From contig NC_068981.1 in NCBI RefSeq assembly GCF_001194135.2, positions 48,838,888-48,872,207 on the forward strand: DNA of 33,320 nucleotides. Reading direction: 5' to 3'. This document shows positions 11,880 through 23,612 of the stretch, piece by piece. This stretch comes from Octopus bimaculoides. Its lineage: Eukaryota. The notes beneath the pieces are model-generated. The model saw nothing but the letters and a program-made list of their open reading frames with translations, was not told the DNA's origin and did not search any database. The position numbers and the translations under genes were made by a program. The stretch's first letter is position 1; each line of letters starts with the position of its first letter.

Positions 11880-12060
11880 CCTTGGATTGAGTTTGAAACT
11901 GTCATGAACATTTTGAGTGCGTTCTTCTGGTGGGGTTTCAGGTCGGGAACTATGAGCACTTCAAAAATTCGTTGACATTGCAATATTACAGGAAGAAGGC
12001 ACAATTTCCAGTAAAAGTCAAGTTCGTATTGTATGAAAGCACCTAGAGCTGAAAATATTC
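11880..12060 (-). mobile_element. Possible Tc1/mariner (DUF4817-type) transposase N-terminal fragment
   Basis: Reads HSSRPETPPEERTQNVHDSFKLNPRTSL, resembling SGRP...E.v..V..sF..sPrkS. Short and divergent. Confidence 0.35.
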
Positions 12061-12192
12061 AAGATATTTTGTTGGTCATGAAGACCTCCCGCACTTCAAC
12101 GTTTAATATATTTGTACACTAGCAACTTATATGTTTGTATTCAACAGCTATTGTCACATGTACGACGAGTCCGGCTGTCTGCCAAGTATGTA

Positions 12193-12273
12193 TTCTTCTT
12201 CTTCTTCTTCTTATTATTATTATTCTTTTTCTTCTTCTTATTATTATTATTATTGTTGTTGTTATTTGTTGTT
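12193..12273. repeat. Compound (TTC)n/(TTA)n/(TTG)n microsatellite
   Basis: Direct reading. Confidence 0.95.
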
Positions 12274-12499
12274 AGTTTTAAAATGTTATCGGTATTATGA
12301 AAATAAACAGACATACACATCTGTAGCAGGGAAAGTTAGTTCTCTCATTTAACGTAGGCCTTTTAGTGCAACAAGATACCGTCGGCTCAACCTAAAAATT
12401 TGTTTATGACCTATGGACAACGATTGGCGACAATAACTAGCAAGAGAAGAAGCAAGAATTTACTGTTCAAAAGGAGAAATAATAAAGAGTAATCATACC

Positions 12500-14150
12500 C
12501 TACATGTAGGATATGTAGGAAATGTAGGGCGTGCAGTACATGCCCTTCTTTGCTTGTAGCTAATCTTCTGGTGCATTAGAGTGAGAAACTCTTTTGTCTT
12601 CTGTTATTTATGTTGCGCTTGCTTCAAGGTAGGTTATAAATTGAAACTTTTATACATCTTGGGTTTTATCCAATTAATACTCAATGCTTGATGTTGTGCT
12701 GCTACTAACAGATGTGTCTCTTTTCAGCCTTCATTTATGCAACAATAACCATGTCTCACTAATACTATTTTCAAAAGTCATCTTTCGAAATATACCATGT
12801 AAGGTCTTCTCTTGCCAGGCAGATAATCTTTCTTTTGTCTTCTGGTTTCTAACTTATTTGGCTTTTTGGTGTCCTAATGTTCTACTATGACTCTAGCAGC
12901 TCTTAATAAACCTTCTTCACTATTAACTACATAGGAGACTCCATCTGCTGACGTACGCAGTCTTCTACTGATATTAACCCTCTAACATTCTTTTCTATGT
13001 AGGTATAATCTTGCTACTCCTGCCTTTCGTGCAGTCTTCCACGAATATTGAATTCCTTCCTAGTTCTTCTGTCTAGCTTTGTTAATTCACATTTCGTCCA
13101 ATCTACGAATCTGACGAGTGTCTAAGTAACCAAGTATTTGCAGCTTTCACTGGATTCAGACCATTTAGCTTTCACTTCATTAACTTCCTCAACTTTTTGA
13201 AGTAGTCTTTCTCAATTTTCGTTTCATACCCATAGTTAGTACTCTGTCAAATTCTAATACTCGTAACTCTCTCCTTCTTTCAGTGGTTTTAATGTCTGGC
13301 CACCTGGTAATTGGATGACTTCACTGTTGACTACCTGTCCCCTTCACATGACTAATACTGCACACTTCTCTATGCCAAATTCTATTCCTATATCTTTGCT
13401 CAAGATTCTTAATATTTCTATTAAAAATCTATATTCTTTTTATTCTTACTAAGAAGCTTCAGATCATCCATGTAGAGCAAATGTTTAATTTTTCCCTTAC
13501 TATTTCTGAACTGACACTCTGACTTTTGCTTTCCTTAATACTAAAATGAGGGGAATCAAACGTTATATAAATACAGAAGTAGATAACGAGTCTCCTTGCA
13601 AAATTATTCTCTTGATATTCACTTTCCCTTTGGCTGTGTCATCTAAGTAGAGATCTACTTTCCATTTCTTCATGTTAAAGTTAATAAATTCTCTTATGTT
13701 GACTGCAATACGGAATATACTCAAGCATCCACTTATCCATGAGCGTGGAATAATGCCATAAGCTTTCATATAATCTATCCTTATTATTGTTACAATTTTC
13801 TTACTAAGTTTTACTTTATTTAGAACTGCTTTGTCTATGTATAATAGATCATACGTTCCTCTAGCATTCGTCCTGAAACGTATCTGTTCTTCTGGTAGCA
13901 AATTTTGTCAGACAATGTGCTACTAAATGCTTTCTGAAAGCATTCCTGATAACAGTTTCCACATTAATGATAAGCAAGTGTTGGTCTATAATTGCTACAC
14001 GTATTTCCCTTGCTTTTATCTTCCATAAGGAGCATTGTTCCCCCTCTAGTTATCAAATCTGGTATTACTCCTCAATTCAGGCAATACTGAAAGTCTTCTC
14101 TCAGTCTCCTTTGTAATCCACAGTCGAAAAATTGCTTCTTCTGACACTGC
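12500..14150 (-). mobile_element. Degenerate R4/Dong-like non-LTR retrotransposon (RT and downstream region)
   Basis: Minus strand: PDLITRG...KSKGNTCSNYRP (~13980-14070), IDYMKAYGIIPRSWI (~13735-13780), LQGDSLS (~13580-13600), HLLYMDDL (~13460-13485), SKDIGIEFGIEKCAVLVM (~13345-13400), then GLISVEDC-like and LKR.T..L.AAQ.QAL-like segments (12680-12990). Confidence 0.85.
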
Positions 14151-14164
14151 AGTAAATGAACATG

Positions 14165-14560
14165 AGATCAAAAGAGCGGGAGGGAAAGAAAGAGAGAGAG
14201 GGAGGGGGAGAGCAGCGTTACCGGTGAGGGCACCAAACCAACTACAACAAACTGAATAGTGTCGGTCTACTAGAAGCAGGCAGTATCACAGGAGAAATCA
14301 TCAGTGGTAACATCACTCACACCTCCATTATCCTCACCAGTAATTGTACGACGTTAAGCATGCGGAGAAGCAACGGAGATAGAGAAAGCAGCAATCCCAC
14401 AACCGTTACCAGTGACATCAGCGAATCAACCAACATTACCACCACAAGAACGACAAGAAAAAGCTTTGACACAGAAAATAGTGACGCAGAGAGCAACAAA
14501 ACAACGCCGAGGTGAACATGAACAACAACCACTACAAATTCAGTTGAAAAATGAAAGACG
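14165..14560. repeat. GA-rich and degenerate (CAA/CAC/CAG)n low-complexity tract
   Basis: Direct reading; it produces the Val/Leu-rich spurious ORF 14317-14598. Confidence 0.7.
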
Positions 14561-14929
14561 CCAAGATAAAATAACCACAAATTAAAACACTTTCGCATGT
14601 GACTACGTCAAAAGAAAAGAAATGTTTCCAGTAACCCTCCATGACAAAATTAGTGAATTGGCTCAAGCTCCAAAATTAGCGAAGGTTTGAGGGACATTAT
14701 GGAAGGTGTAACCGACATGTAAATAGAAAAGCAACTTTTGAGCTTCGAGGTCCTCTTCGAAAGTGAGGAGCTCGTGCGAAAACATTCACAGCCACCTGTT
14801 TGGAGTTCGTCCTGTATCTGACGTACCTCACGCAATGAACTATCAGGTTAATGTTATCGTCTCTTCCCCCTGGCATGAACATGTGATAGATCGTGGCTGC
14901 GTTGCTTTAGAGGACACAGACACCGAAAG

Positions 14930-16070
14930 AGAACAGGTACGGCCTAAATCTATAGATTCTGCACCATGCTATTAAGACTATAAAGGCTGGATGTTTCGAT
15001 GGGTATGAACTAGGATGCGAAATGTTTGTGTCGGTTTATGCACACGGTGTTACTTCAATAGTGTCGAAATCGAGATGATCGGATCTACCCAAAGAAGTAT
15101 GAAGCGGTGAAAGAAGCAAAGATTGGCGAGCAAAATTCGGTGTAAGTTCAGTTTGGTACCTTCAAAGGCAGGTCCATGCATGCCAATTGCGTCGTGGGTC
15201 CTCCACTGAAGGACCGGTTAAATTGCTCGGAGTCTGCTTTGCTCTAGACTCCCATATGGACAACAACCGCGAGAAGTAACCAGCAGAGTTTCCAGTCACT
15301 TCCAGCAAAGGGTAGAGGTGTAGATATCCTTGAAGGATCAGGTGGAAGTAGCAAGTACATACATCGCTTCCGTCGCCTACTCCTGCCTAACCGTTGTCCC
15401 TCATTCTTCTTTTTGGCTGATCAAGCTGCTGCTCTTGCTCTTCCTTTTTCTGTTGAAAGGACAGGATCCGCTCGTCCGCCACTCCATCTACTGTCAGCAG
15501 CCGCTAAGTATAGAAGTGAGCATTCCAGAGCTAATGATATGCAGACATACGCTGAGGCTGTGACAACGCAGGTGTTTACTTGAGGGTGAGAAGGATTTCA
15601 GTAACTCGTCTCATGGAGAGAGCTACAGTCCTAAATTCAAGGGTAGAGGGAGAAGGGGCCCTTTGCACTTGGAGTGTCGGCAGGTGTTCGCAACCATCAG
15701 TCGATCGCGCAATACCGTCTTTGTAAGTTCTACATTTGTGTTCTATAAGAGACTAGTGACGGAGAAGAGCGATGACGTCATCGAGAAATTTCTGAGTGTC
15801 AGAAGGGATCAAATGGCTGACCTGGCAGTGTTACCGTAGAACCTGCTAGTTCGAGACAAGCTCTACATGCACGGAAATGATGTCGAAATAGACCTGCCTG
15901 AGATGCATGCAACGCAGTGAGACACATTTGCAAGCACCTGTCCATTATCCGGGCACAGCTGATCTGTGGTATCTTGTCTAAGAGATGCTATCATGTGTGG
16001 GACGGATCTCCTTAACGGCCGAGTCCATCGTGAAGATAGCTCCCCTGCCTTGCTTTGAACTGGAGCTGAC
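14930..16070 (+). mobile_element. Degenerate Tx1 (L1-clade) LINE, 3' part of ORF2
   Basis: YELGCEMFVSVYAHGVTSIVS (YADD decayed to YAHG at ~15037), KYEAVKEAKI, TEGPVKLLGVCF, YIASVAY..LTVVP...LF.F.LKG.DPLVRHSIYCQQPL, WQCYR, LVRDKLYMHG, decayed zinc knuckle CLRC...ETH, GRISLTAESIVKIAP. Confidence 0.88.
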
Positions 16071-16220
16071 TCAATCGTTATAACGTCGGTCAAAATGCTT
16101 AGCGGCATTTTTTCTGTCTTTATGTTCTAAGTTGAAATTCCGCCCAGGTCGAATATATCATTCATCCCTTCGGCGTCCCTAAATTAAGTAACAAGGAAAC
16201 ACTGATGTCGATGTAATTTC
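16070..16220 (+). mobile_element. tRNA-derived SINE copy
   Basis: aatcgtta...aaaatgcttagcggcatt...gttctaagttgaaattccgcccaggtcga...ttcatcccttcgg...taaattaagta matches the family. Confidence 0.8.
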
Positions 16221-16265
16221 AGGAATTGTGCCTTTAGTAGAAAGGAACAACAGCGAACTGGCACG

Positions 16266-16470
16266 GAAGGCGGCGAACTAGCAAAATCCTTAGCACGCCG
16301 GGCGATATGCTCATCAAGGATTCGCCCGTCGCTGCCTTCTGTGTTCAATTTCTGCCGGGGCTGGAATTTATTTTTCATCCTTTCGGAGTTGATAAATTAA
16401 GTACAAATCGAGTATTAGGGTTGATGTAATCGAATTAATCCCTTCCTCCCAAATTTCAGGCCATGTGCTG
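16266..16470 (+). mobile_element. Near full-length tRNA-derived SINE copy
   Basis: Head aaggcggcgaactagcaaaatccttagcacgccgggcga (A-box-like), gtgttcaatttc (B-box-like), core ttcatcctttcggagttgataaattaagtac, tail cccaaatttcaggccatgtgc. Confidence 0.85.
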
Positions 16471-16474
16471 AAAA

Positions 16475-17060
16475 TATTGGGTTGTCCGAAAAGTTCGTGC
16501 CGATTTTTAAAGGAAAAAAAAGGTCAATAAATACTTGCCATTACATTTTTAATTACACAAATATGAACCATTTTGTTGCACAATGCGTCTCCATCTTTCC
16601 TTTAACTTGAAAATACCATCTTCCCAGAATTGAGGTGGTTTTATGGCAAATAAGTCGAAAGGTAAGCTACTACGTTGGCACTCCGTCGCTTACGACGCCG
16701 AGTGTTCCAGTTGATCCGATCAACAGAACAGCCTGCTCGTGAAATTAACGTGGAAGTGGTTGAGCACTCCACAAACATGTGTACCTTTGACGTAGTTCTG
16801 GGGGATATTCAGCGTGACACAGTGTGACAAGGCTGACCTTTTGAATTACAGGCATAACAGAAACAGGAAGTAAGAGTGGGAGAAAGTTGTGGTGAAAGAG
16901 TACAGTAGGGTTCTCCACNNNNNNNNNNNNNNNNNNNNNNNNNNNNNNNNNNNNNNNNNNNNGCGATCCTATGACCGCGAGTCCGCTGCACTAACCACTG
17001 GGACATTGCGCCGTCACTAAACTACCATAAATCGGCGCGAACTTTCCTTACAACCCAATA
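16475..17060 (-). mobile_element. Internally deleted mariner with both TIRs and TA target duplications
   Basis: Left TA+ttgggttgtccgaaaagttcgtgccgatt (16475-16505) pairs with right aatcggcgcgaactttccttacaacccaa+TA (17030-17060). Minus strand 16555-16650 encodes the mariner transposase C-terminus FAIKPPQFWEDGIFKLKERWRRIVQQNGSYL. Confidence 0.88.
16653..17017 (-). mobile_element. Second tRNA-derived SINE family, nested inside the mariner and spanning a gap
   Basis: tRNA-like head on minus: gtgacggcgcaatgtcccagtggttagtgcagcggactcgcggtcataggatcgc. Body: ccagttgatccgatcaacagaacagcctgctcgtgaaattaacgtg...aacagaaacaggaagtaagagtgggagaaagttgtggtgaaagagtac. Confidence 0.85.
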
Positions 17061-17069
17061 GAAAGGGTT

Positions 17070-17788
17070 ATTATTGTTAATAGTAGCAGTAATAGTAGTC
17101 GTAGTGGTGGTGGTAGTATTGTCGGTAGTGGTGGGGGGGGTTGTGGTGTAAGTGTAGCAGCAGCAGCTGTAAATGCAATAGCACTAGCATCTTTTAATAA
17201 GAGCATGATAGGCAGTAGCAGCAGTCGATATTCGAGTCGGTTGCAGAATCATCAATAGTAGCAGTTTCAGCACTCACAAAACCGACGAAGAAAAAGAAAA
17301 AAATTATGAAGCTTGCAGTAATAGTATAGTGATCATAATCATCCTCAATCTCATTACCTTCATTCTCCAAATCCACCACCTCATCATCATCATCATCATC
17401 ATCATTACTAGCAGCAGCTGATGCAGCAGCAGCAACAACAACAACAGCAGATGCAGCAACAGTGAAATCAGTAGTAGCAGCTCGGTTAGCATCTGCAGTA
17501 GCGGCTGTATTAATATTATGATGTTTGCAGTCAGACTGAGGTGTTGTTGAATTGTTAGACGTCGGACAAAATATTTTACGGTATTTGTTTTGGCTCTTTA
17601 CTCTGTGAGTTCGACTCTTTCCGGGGGTCAACTTATCATTTCACCCTCTGCGTTACACTTAATTAAGTATCGTGTTGATATAATTCAACTTTTCCGTACG
17701 CCTAAAATTTCTGGTCATGTGTCTATGCGAAAAAAAAAAAAAAAGAAAGATGTCATTATCGCTCTATCATGTAGTAGTCGTGGTAGTT

Positions 17789-17822
<34 letters not shown>

Positions 17823-18060
17823 CACCAGCAGCAGCAGCAGCAGCAGCAATTGAAGGGGTGAATAGTAGTAACGGTAGCGGAAATACCAGCAGCCGTAGCA
17901 GCAGCAGTAATATCATCTTTACTAGTAGTAGAAGGCGGAGGAGGAGGAACATCAATAGCGGCAAATACTTAGTAGTAGTAAAGGTAGCAGAAGGAAAAGC
18001 AGCATGTCCATGATCGTCATTTGGATAGTTGTAGTAGCAAAGCAATAGAAGCAACAATGT
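17070..18060. repeat. Complex degenerate trinucleotide tract (GTA/GTG/GCA/ATC/AAC)
   Basis: Direct reading; it explains the poly-A/D/V/S/T ORFs listed at 17194-18102. Confidence 0.9.
17540..17725 (+). mobile_element. Degenerate SINE embedded in the triplet tract
   Basis: gaattgttagacgtcggacaaaat...gagttcgactc...ggtcaactt...taattaagta...cctaaaatttctggtcatgtgtc follows the family layout. Confidence 0.65.
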
Positions 18061-19922
18061 TGTTGTGTACTTCCAAACAACACAATGTGGTCTGCCGAAC
18101 ATATAACATCTGATCTCACAGAATTACAGACGCAAAACAATTCTCTTTGAAAAAGAAACAAATGCCATAACGACGACAAAAAATTAAAAAAAAGAGAAAG
18201 GATAAACAATATCAATAACAACCGTAAGACGCTCATTGTATAGAAATGTGAAGAATATCGAAGATAAAATTTAGAAATACAAATATGCTACGATGTATAC
18301 AGACGCACATACGAATCAAAATCAAGACCGAAAACACATATACGGATAAAGGAAAATAAATAAAGGAGTGGGGAATCAAAGCAATTACGGAAGCTGTAAG
18401 GATGTTTGGAATAGAAAGGGTAAACAGGAAAGATTGAGCAAAAAAATGGGGCAACAGCTACAGCAACAAACATAATAAATGCTTAAAGAAAATTGGAAAG
18501 AATTTCTGATGAGTAATTGGTGAGATTGAAAAACAAAAAGGGAGAGTAAATGAAGAGAGGTAAGGGGATCGGTGAATGGGTTGGTGTGATAGATAGAGAG
18601 AAAAGTATGTGGAACAAGCAAGTCAGAATCAGGAAACTAAATAGAATGAACGACTAGCTGAACGAGAAAAAAAAAGAGAGGAAGGGAAAATGTAAGAGCA
18701 ATATGGTATAAGAATATGAAGACAAATCAGTACACGAGAAATTTATATAAAAACTAGAAAAAATGTATAAAATGACTAAAAAACAGTGGGGAAATGCGAA
18801 AAACGGAAATAAGATCATAAACACTCAAGCAAATATATAATTGACTGAATATTTTTCTTTTTATGATATGAGAAAAGAACGGGGATAAAAGAGAATACGA
18901 CAGAAATATTGAATGAACAAAATGTATCACACTCTCTTGGACAGTTGGTTAACAGACAAGTGATGTGCGCATGTGTGTGTCTCTAAAATTGTGCATGTGT
19001 GTGCGCGTAATATGTGTGTATATACATACATATATATANNNNNNNNNNNNNNNNNNNNNNNNNNNNNNNNTATATATGGAAAACGTGATACAGCGTGAGT
19101 GACAAATTTGATTAACAAAAAACAGACTAAAAATACTTACCTTAAAAACTTTCTTATATTCCATTATTATAAAATGATTAAAATCGTAAAACATAATTTA
19201 ATCCTAAATAAGATAGAATCATTCTGCAAGGTACTTTTTCGTTTTATTTGTTGTCATATGTGACGGAATAACTTTGTATTTGCTCACAGTAGAAGCGAGG
19301 AAACAAATTTCTAGTAACAAACTGGGGTGTGTACGGGAGGGGAAGTTATTCAATCTTGTTTAACCCTGCCTTTTAAAAAACATTGTCAGTTTGACCAAGA
19401 AGATTTAAAAAGGAGCAGAAGTCAGTGATTGGAAAAACACGAATAAAATCTCTGTCGATCTTAGTAAACACCATGAGGTTTTGTGTTCGATGTGTATCAG
19501 TTTTCATAATCTAACTGCACGTTCTCAGGTTATTAAAGTGTGTAATACTCAAGTATTTTTTCAATTGAATCATTTGATTAAAGAGCTGATAAAAATAGAA
19601 TAGAATTAATAAAAGAAAATACAACATACATTGTTCGCGTAAGCATATACAATTTTATCTATTAATGTCTCTGATTATATTTGCATATTCAATAAAACTA
19701 CAATTTATATAGAAAAAAAAGGGGGCTATTCCAAACCAAAGCTATAACCTCCAGGTAACTTGTACTGGGTGCATAAAAAAGCATAATAAAGTAGACAAAG
19801 TTCAGTATAAAGCAAACTTACCGGCAGATAAAAATGAATTTCAGATTGGATAATATAACATTCACAGAAAAAAAAAAAAAAAAAACATACTTACAAAACA
19901 CCGGATACTTTANNNNNNNNNN

Positions 19923-19941
19923 TTTGTGTGTGTGTGTGTAT

Positions 19942-19986
<45 letters not shown>

Positions 19987-19993
19987 TGTGTGT
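19923..19993. repeat. (TG)n microsatellite
   Basis: Direct reading. Confidence 0.95.
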
Positions 19994-20099
19994 GAGTATA
20001 ATACAAAATAGATGAAAATGAAAACGCATTGGCTCTGTACGAGCATCCGTAAATAGCCCATACTTTCTGTAACATACTTATTATATATATATAACCTGC

Positions 20100-20245
20100 C
20101 GGACAAAATGCTTAGCAGCTTTTCTTCCTGCTTAACATTCTAAGTTCGAGATCGTCAGAGGTTGACCTTGCTTTTATGCTTTCCGAATCGTTGAAATAAG
20201 TACCAGTTGTGCAATAGTGCCCATTTAATCAACTAGCACCATCCT
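20100..20245 (+). mobile_element. SINE copy
   Basis: ggacaaaatgcttagcagc...ttctaagttcgagatc...gaggttgaccttgc...gaaataagtaccagttg. Confidence 0.75.
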
Positions 20246-20834
20246 ACTCAAACTTTCAGCTGTCTACGTATAAAGAAAACGTATTTTTCTGTGCGCATGT
20301 TTATATATATATGTATATATATATATATNNNNNNNNNNNNNNNNNNNNNNNNNNNNNNNNNNNNNNNNNNNNNNNNNNNNNNNNNNNNNNNNNNNNNNNN
20401 NNNNNNNNNNNNNNNNNNNNNNNNNNNNNNNNNNNNNNNNNNNNNNNNNNNNNNNNNNNNNNNNNNNNNNNNNNNNNNNNNNNNNNNNNNNNNNNNNNNN
20501 NNNNNNNNNNNNNNNNNNNNNNNNNNNNNNNNNNNNNNNNNNNNNNNNNNNNNNNNNNNNNNNNNNNNNNNNNNNNNNNNNNNNNNNNNNNNNNNNNNNN
20601 NNNNNNNNNNNNNNNNNNNNNNNNNNNNNNNNNNNNNNNNNNNNNNNNNNNNNNNATATATATATATATATATATATACGCACTGACTTCTGTGTGTATG
20701 TGTGTTAATATATGACAATACAGTGCACGAAACAACCTGGTATACTGACATCGAACAACCGCTGGGCAGCATCTCAGTTTATATATGATAAGAAATGTTA
20801 ACAATAAGCCTGCATAATATTGATTTCAAAATAT

Positions 20835-21045
20835 TTGGCACAAGGTCAGCAATTCTGGAGTCAGAGGTACGTCGAATTCATCGACCTCAGTGCCCTACTT
20901 AGTACTTATTTTATCAACCCCCGAAAGGCTCAAGGGTATAGTCGACCTACGCAGAATGTGAACTCTGAATGTCACACGAACGTAATAGCCGATGACCATT
21001 TTACCGCTGCGCTAATGATTCTGATAGCACGCCGCAAGCCCACAT
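20835..21045 (-). mobile_element. SINE copy
   Basis: ggcacaagg...atcgacctcagt...agtacttattttatcaacccccgaaagg...gtcgacct...gaactctgaa...gctaatgattctg. Confidence 0.8.
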
Positions 21046-21499
21046 TATATTGATAATAATTACAATAAATTTCAAGGTATCACTACATCTATGGGAAATA
21101 TACATTATATATATTATTGATTCATGAACAGCTAAGATAAGGAATTTTGGTTGCTACTCATTTAAAAAAATTCAATTTCTAAATCTCATGTACACGTTAT
21201 TTGCGTGTGTGAAAATTTCGTGTATGTAAAATCCGTTAACCCGAAACTCGTTTACCCATTGATATTTGTTATAACGTTTCAATGCTTTCCGGCTTTGAAG
21301 TAAATAATCACCTTGACCCATTGGCTGAAGCAAAGAAGTTCTCTCCTTTAGCATGAACCGAAAGCTTATTTAAGTTTACCAGGTGTTTGTTACATTTTCG
21401 AAAATAGGTCATGCTTTGTTGGAGATATTCTCTCTGGTATTGCACCTCTCTCTATAGCAGGACAAAACTCTTTGGCTTTTCGTTATGCATAACTTATAA

Positions 21500-22310
21500 A
21501 TGTTAGATTAGAGGCAAATTTTATTTTGCGTGAATCTTGAAATTGTTAAAACATTAAGGGCTTTAATTTCATATCACCCTAGGTATTTCTCTCAGGAAGA
21601 AACGTTAAAGGATTTTCAACTATGTTTTTAAATAGCTGTGCTGATATTTCTACTTGAGAAATTTTAGCTGGCCCGAGCTTATCGATAAGGACTGTTTCAT
21701 CATCAACGTTCCTTGCACTGGTCTGTAGTCTTTAAGTCAATTTTTCAGTTTTTGAAGATAATTAAAAGCAGCTTTTGTGTTAGCAATGGCAGCTTTGCCA
21801 GATAATTTTATGTGATGCAACTTCAGCGCTTCTTAAAACTTTCAAGCCACTACCCGTTAGGAGTTTCAACTTCCTTTTTCTTTCATTTTGTTTTTTGCAC
21901 ATCTCCATACAAGCTTAAATATCATTACTCTTATCGGTAAAATGCATAAACTCTTATACTTGGTCCATACTCCAAAAATCCGTCACACCTTCAGTATTAC
22001 ATTGGATCTATAAGNNNNNNNNNNNNNNNNNNNNNNNNNNNNNNNNNNNNNNNNNNNNNNNNNNNNNNNNNNNNNNNNNNNNNNNNNNNNNNNNNNNNNN
22101 NNNNNNNNNNNNNNNNNNNNNNNNNNNNNNNNNNNNNNNNNNNNNNNNNNNNNNNNNNNNNNNNNNNNNNNNNNNNNNNNNNNNNNNNNNNNNNNNNNNN
22201 NNNNNNNNNNNNNNNNATATATATATATATATATATATAAATATCAGCTTTAATATCCAGTGTAATCCATTTTCATTTCCTTTCTGCAACATCACCTTCA
22301 ACTCCATTTG
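21500..22310 (-). mobile_element. Degenerate Tigger/pogo transposase, interrupted by a (TA)n tract and gap
   Basis: Minus strand: WITLDIKAD (psq-HTH-like, ~22243-22270), WLESFKKR..LHHIKLSGKAAIANTKAA (CENP-B HTH and GEAASAD-like, ~21770-21850), NVDDETVL (cf. FNxDETGL, ~21690-21710), LTFL...N..GDMKLKPL (~21553-21610). Confidence 0.85.
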
Positions 22311-22911
22311 ATGACATCTGTCAAGACATCTGAGATTTTATATAAATCAAATAGCGGCGATGATGAACACATATCCACAACTCCACAACAAATATGTGGC
22401 GCCGAGAAAGAAATGATTTGTGCGAGCAAAGGATTCTTGTCTTTATATGGATGAAATAATGGACTTTGGATTATGAAATGGTAAAAGACTGACGTAGAAT
22501 GAACTGGCGCATGGTTACGGCTAGATGAATTGTTACTAGGTTCATGGGCACTTCGTCCCTTGCAGCGATAATTTCAGCCATAAAAATGTTGCACTCTACT
22601 CCTCCACACAACAACACACGCATTCTTACACAGACATGCACATACACGCCGTTGTGTTGGTACATAACATATGTAGCTACAGACATTCCTATCAAACTGA
22701 TAATTATTCTTGCCCGACAATTTGCTATCCAAACTTTGATTTTTTTTCTTTTTTGTGGCGGTGATGCTGCTTGCATTCGTCTCCTTGTACGAGATGCTGG
22801 GTGAATTACTGGTGGTGGCGTAGTACATACAGTTCTGGTTAATTCTGTTGTTGTTCCAGATTCGTCTCTATTTAATTCACCTGACCCAAGATGAAAGACA
22901 TTTCATTTTAA

Positions 22912-23080
22912 TCTTGGTGCAATGCTTTGCCAGAATTGTCAAAGCCGGGGGAAAATCTTTTGCTCTGTTGGATATATTTACATACGAATTCAAATCTCAG
23001 TAATCATTCACAGCCAGCTTTTGGGATAATTAGTTCGATATAAATTCAAACGAGGTGTAAGATATTTCACCATTCTGAAA
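22912..23080 (+). repeat. Unclassified dispersed repeat, copy 1 (probable old SINE)
   Basis: Aligns with 25511-25675; identical 26-nt core tcttttgctctgttggatatatttac (22956-22981); B-box-like gaattcaaatctc. Confidence 0.8.
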
Positions 23081-23359
23081 AGGCATAAATAATCGTCATT
23101 ACGTAGTCTTCTTTAGTGCAGTAAATTTGACTTATTGCTGTTTCCAGAAATCAATGTAGTTTCGTTATTGATAGCTATACTCAATAGGCGCATTGAACCG
23201 TTGACAAAACTTTACCAACATAGAAATTTAAGGCTACTTTCTTCAGAGTTATTTCAGTTCATATATGCATCTGCAAACAGACACGCGTGGACACGCGTAC
23301 ACAAATTCGAATATATGTATGTGTTTGCGTGTGTAGAGAGCTATATGTACATACTGGAT

Positions 23360-23465
23360 GATATATATATATATATTTACATACATACAAACACACATAT
23401 ATACACACACATATAAGTAGAGTTATATATCGTGTATTATATTAATATATGTATTTAAATGTGTT

Positions 23466-23527
<62 letters not shown>

Positions 23528-23612
23528 TACGCATATGTGTATAGGTGTTTGTGTGTGAGTGTATGGGGGTGTGCGTGCGAGTGTGTGTTTATATGTTTGT
23601 GTGTGTGTGAAT
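23360..23612. repeat. Compound (TA)n/(CA)n/(TG)n microsatellite region
   Basis: Direct reading. Confidence 0.9.

Noticed and set aside
14600-14930. Possible Gypsy gag remnant between the low-complexity tract and the Tx1 LINE
   Set aside because: Resemblance to the LFLQRLP/NV motif is too weak to support; left unassigned.
16963-17017. tRNA-like sequence on the minus strand
   Set aside because: It is the head of a tRNA-derived SINE and runs into SINE body across a gap; not a tRNA gene.
17194-18236. ORFs with poly-Ala/Asp/Val/Ser/Thr/Leu
   Set aside because: Translations of degenerate triplet repeats in several frames and both strands; no domain or splice support.
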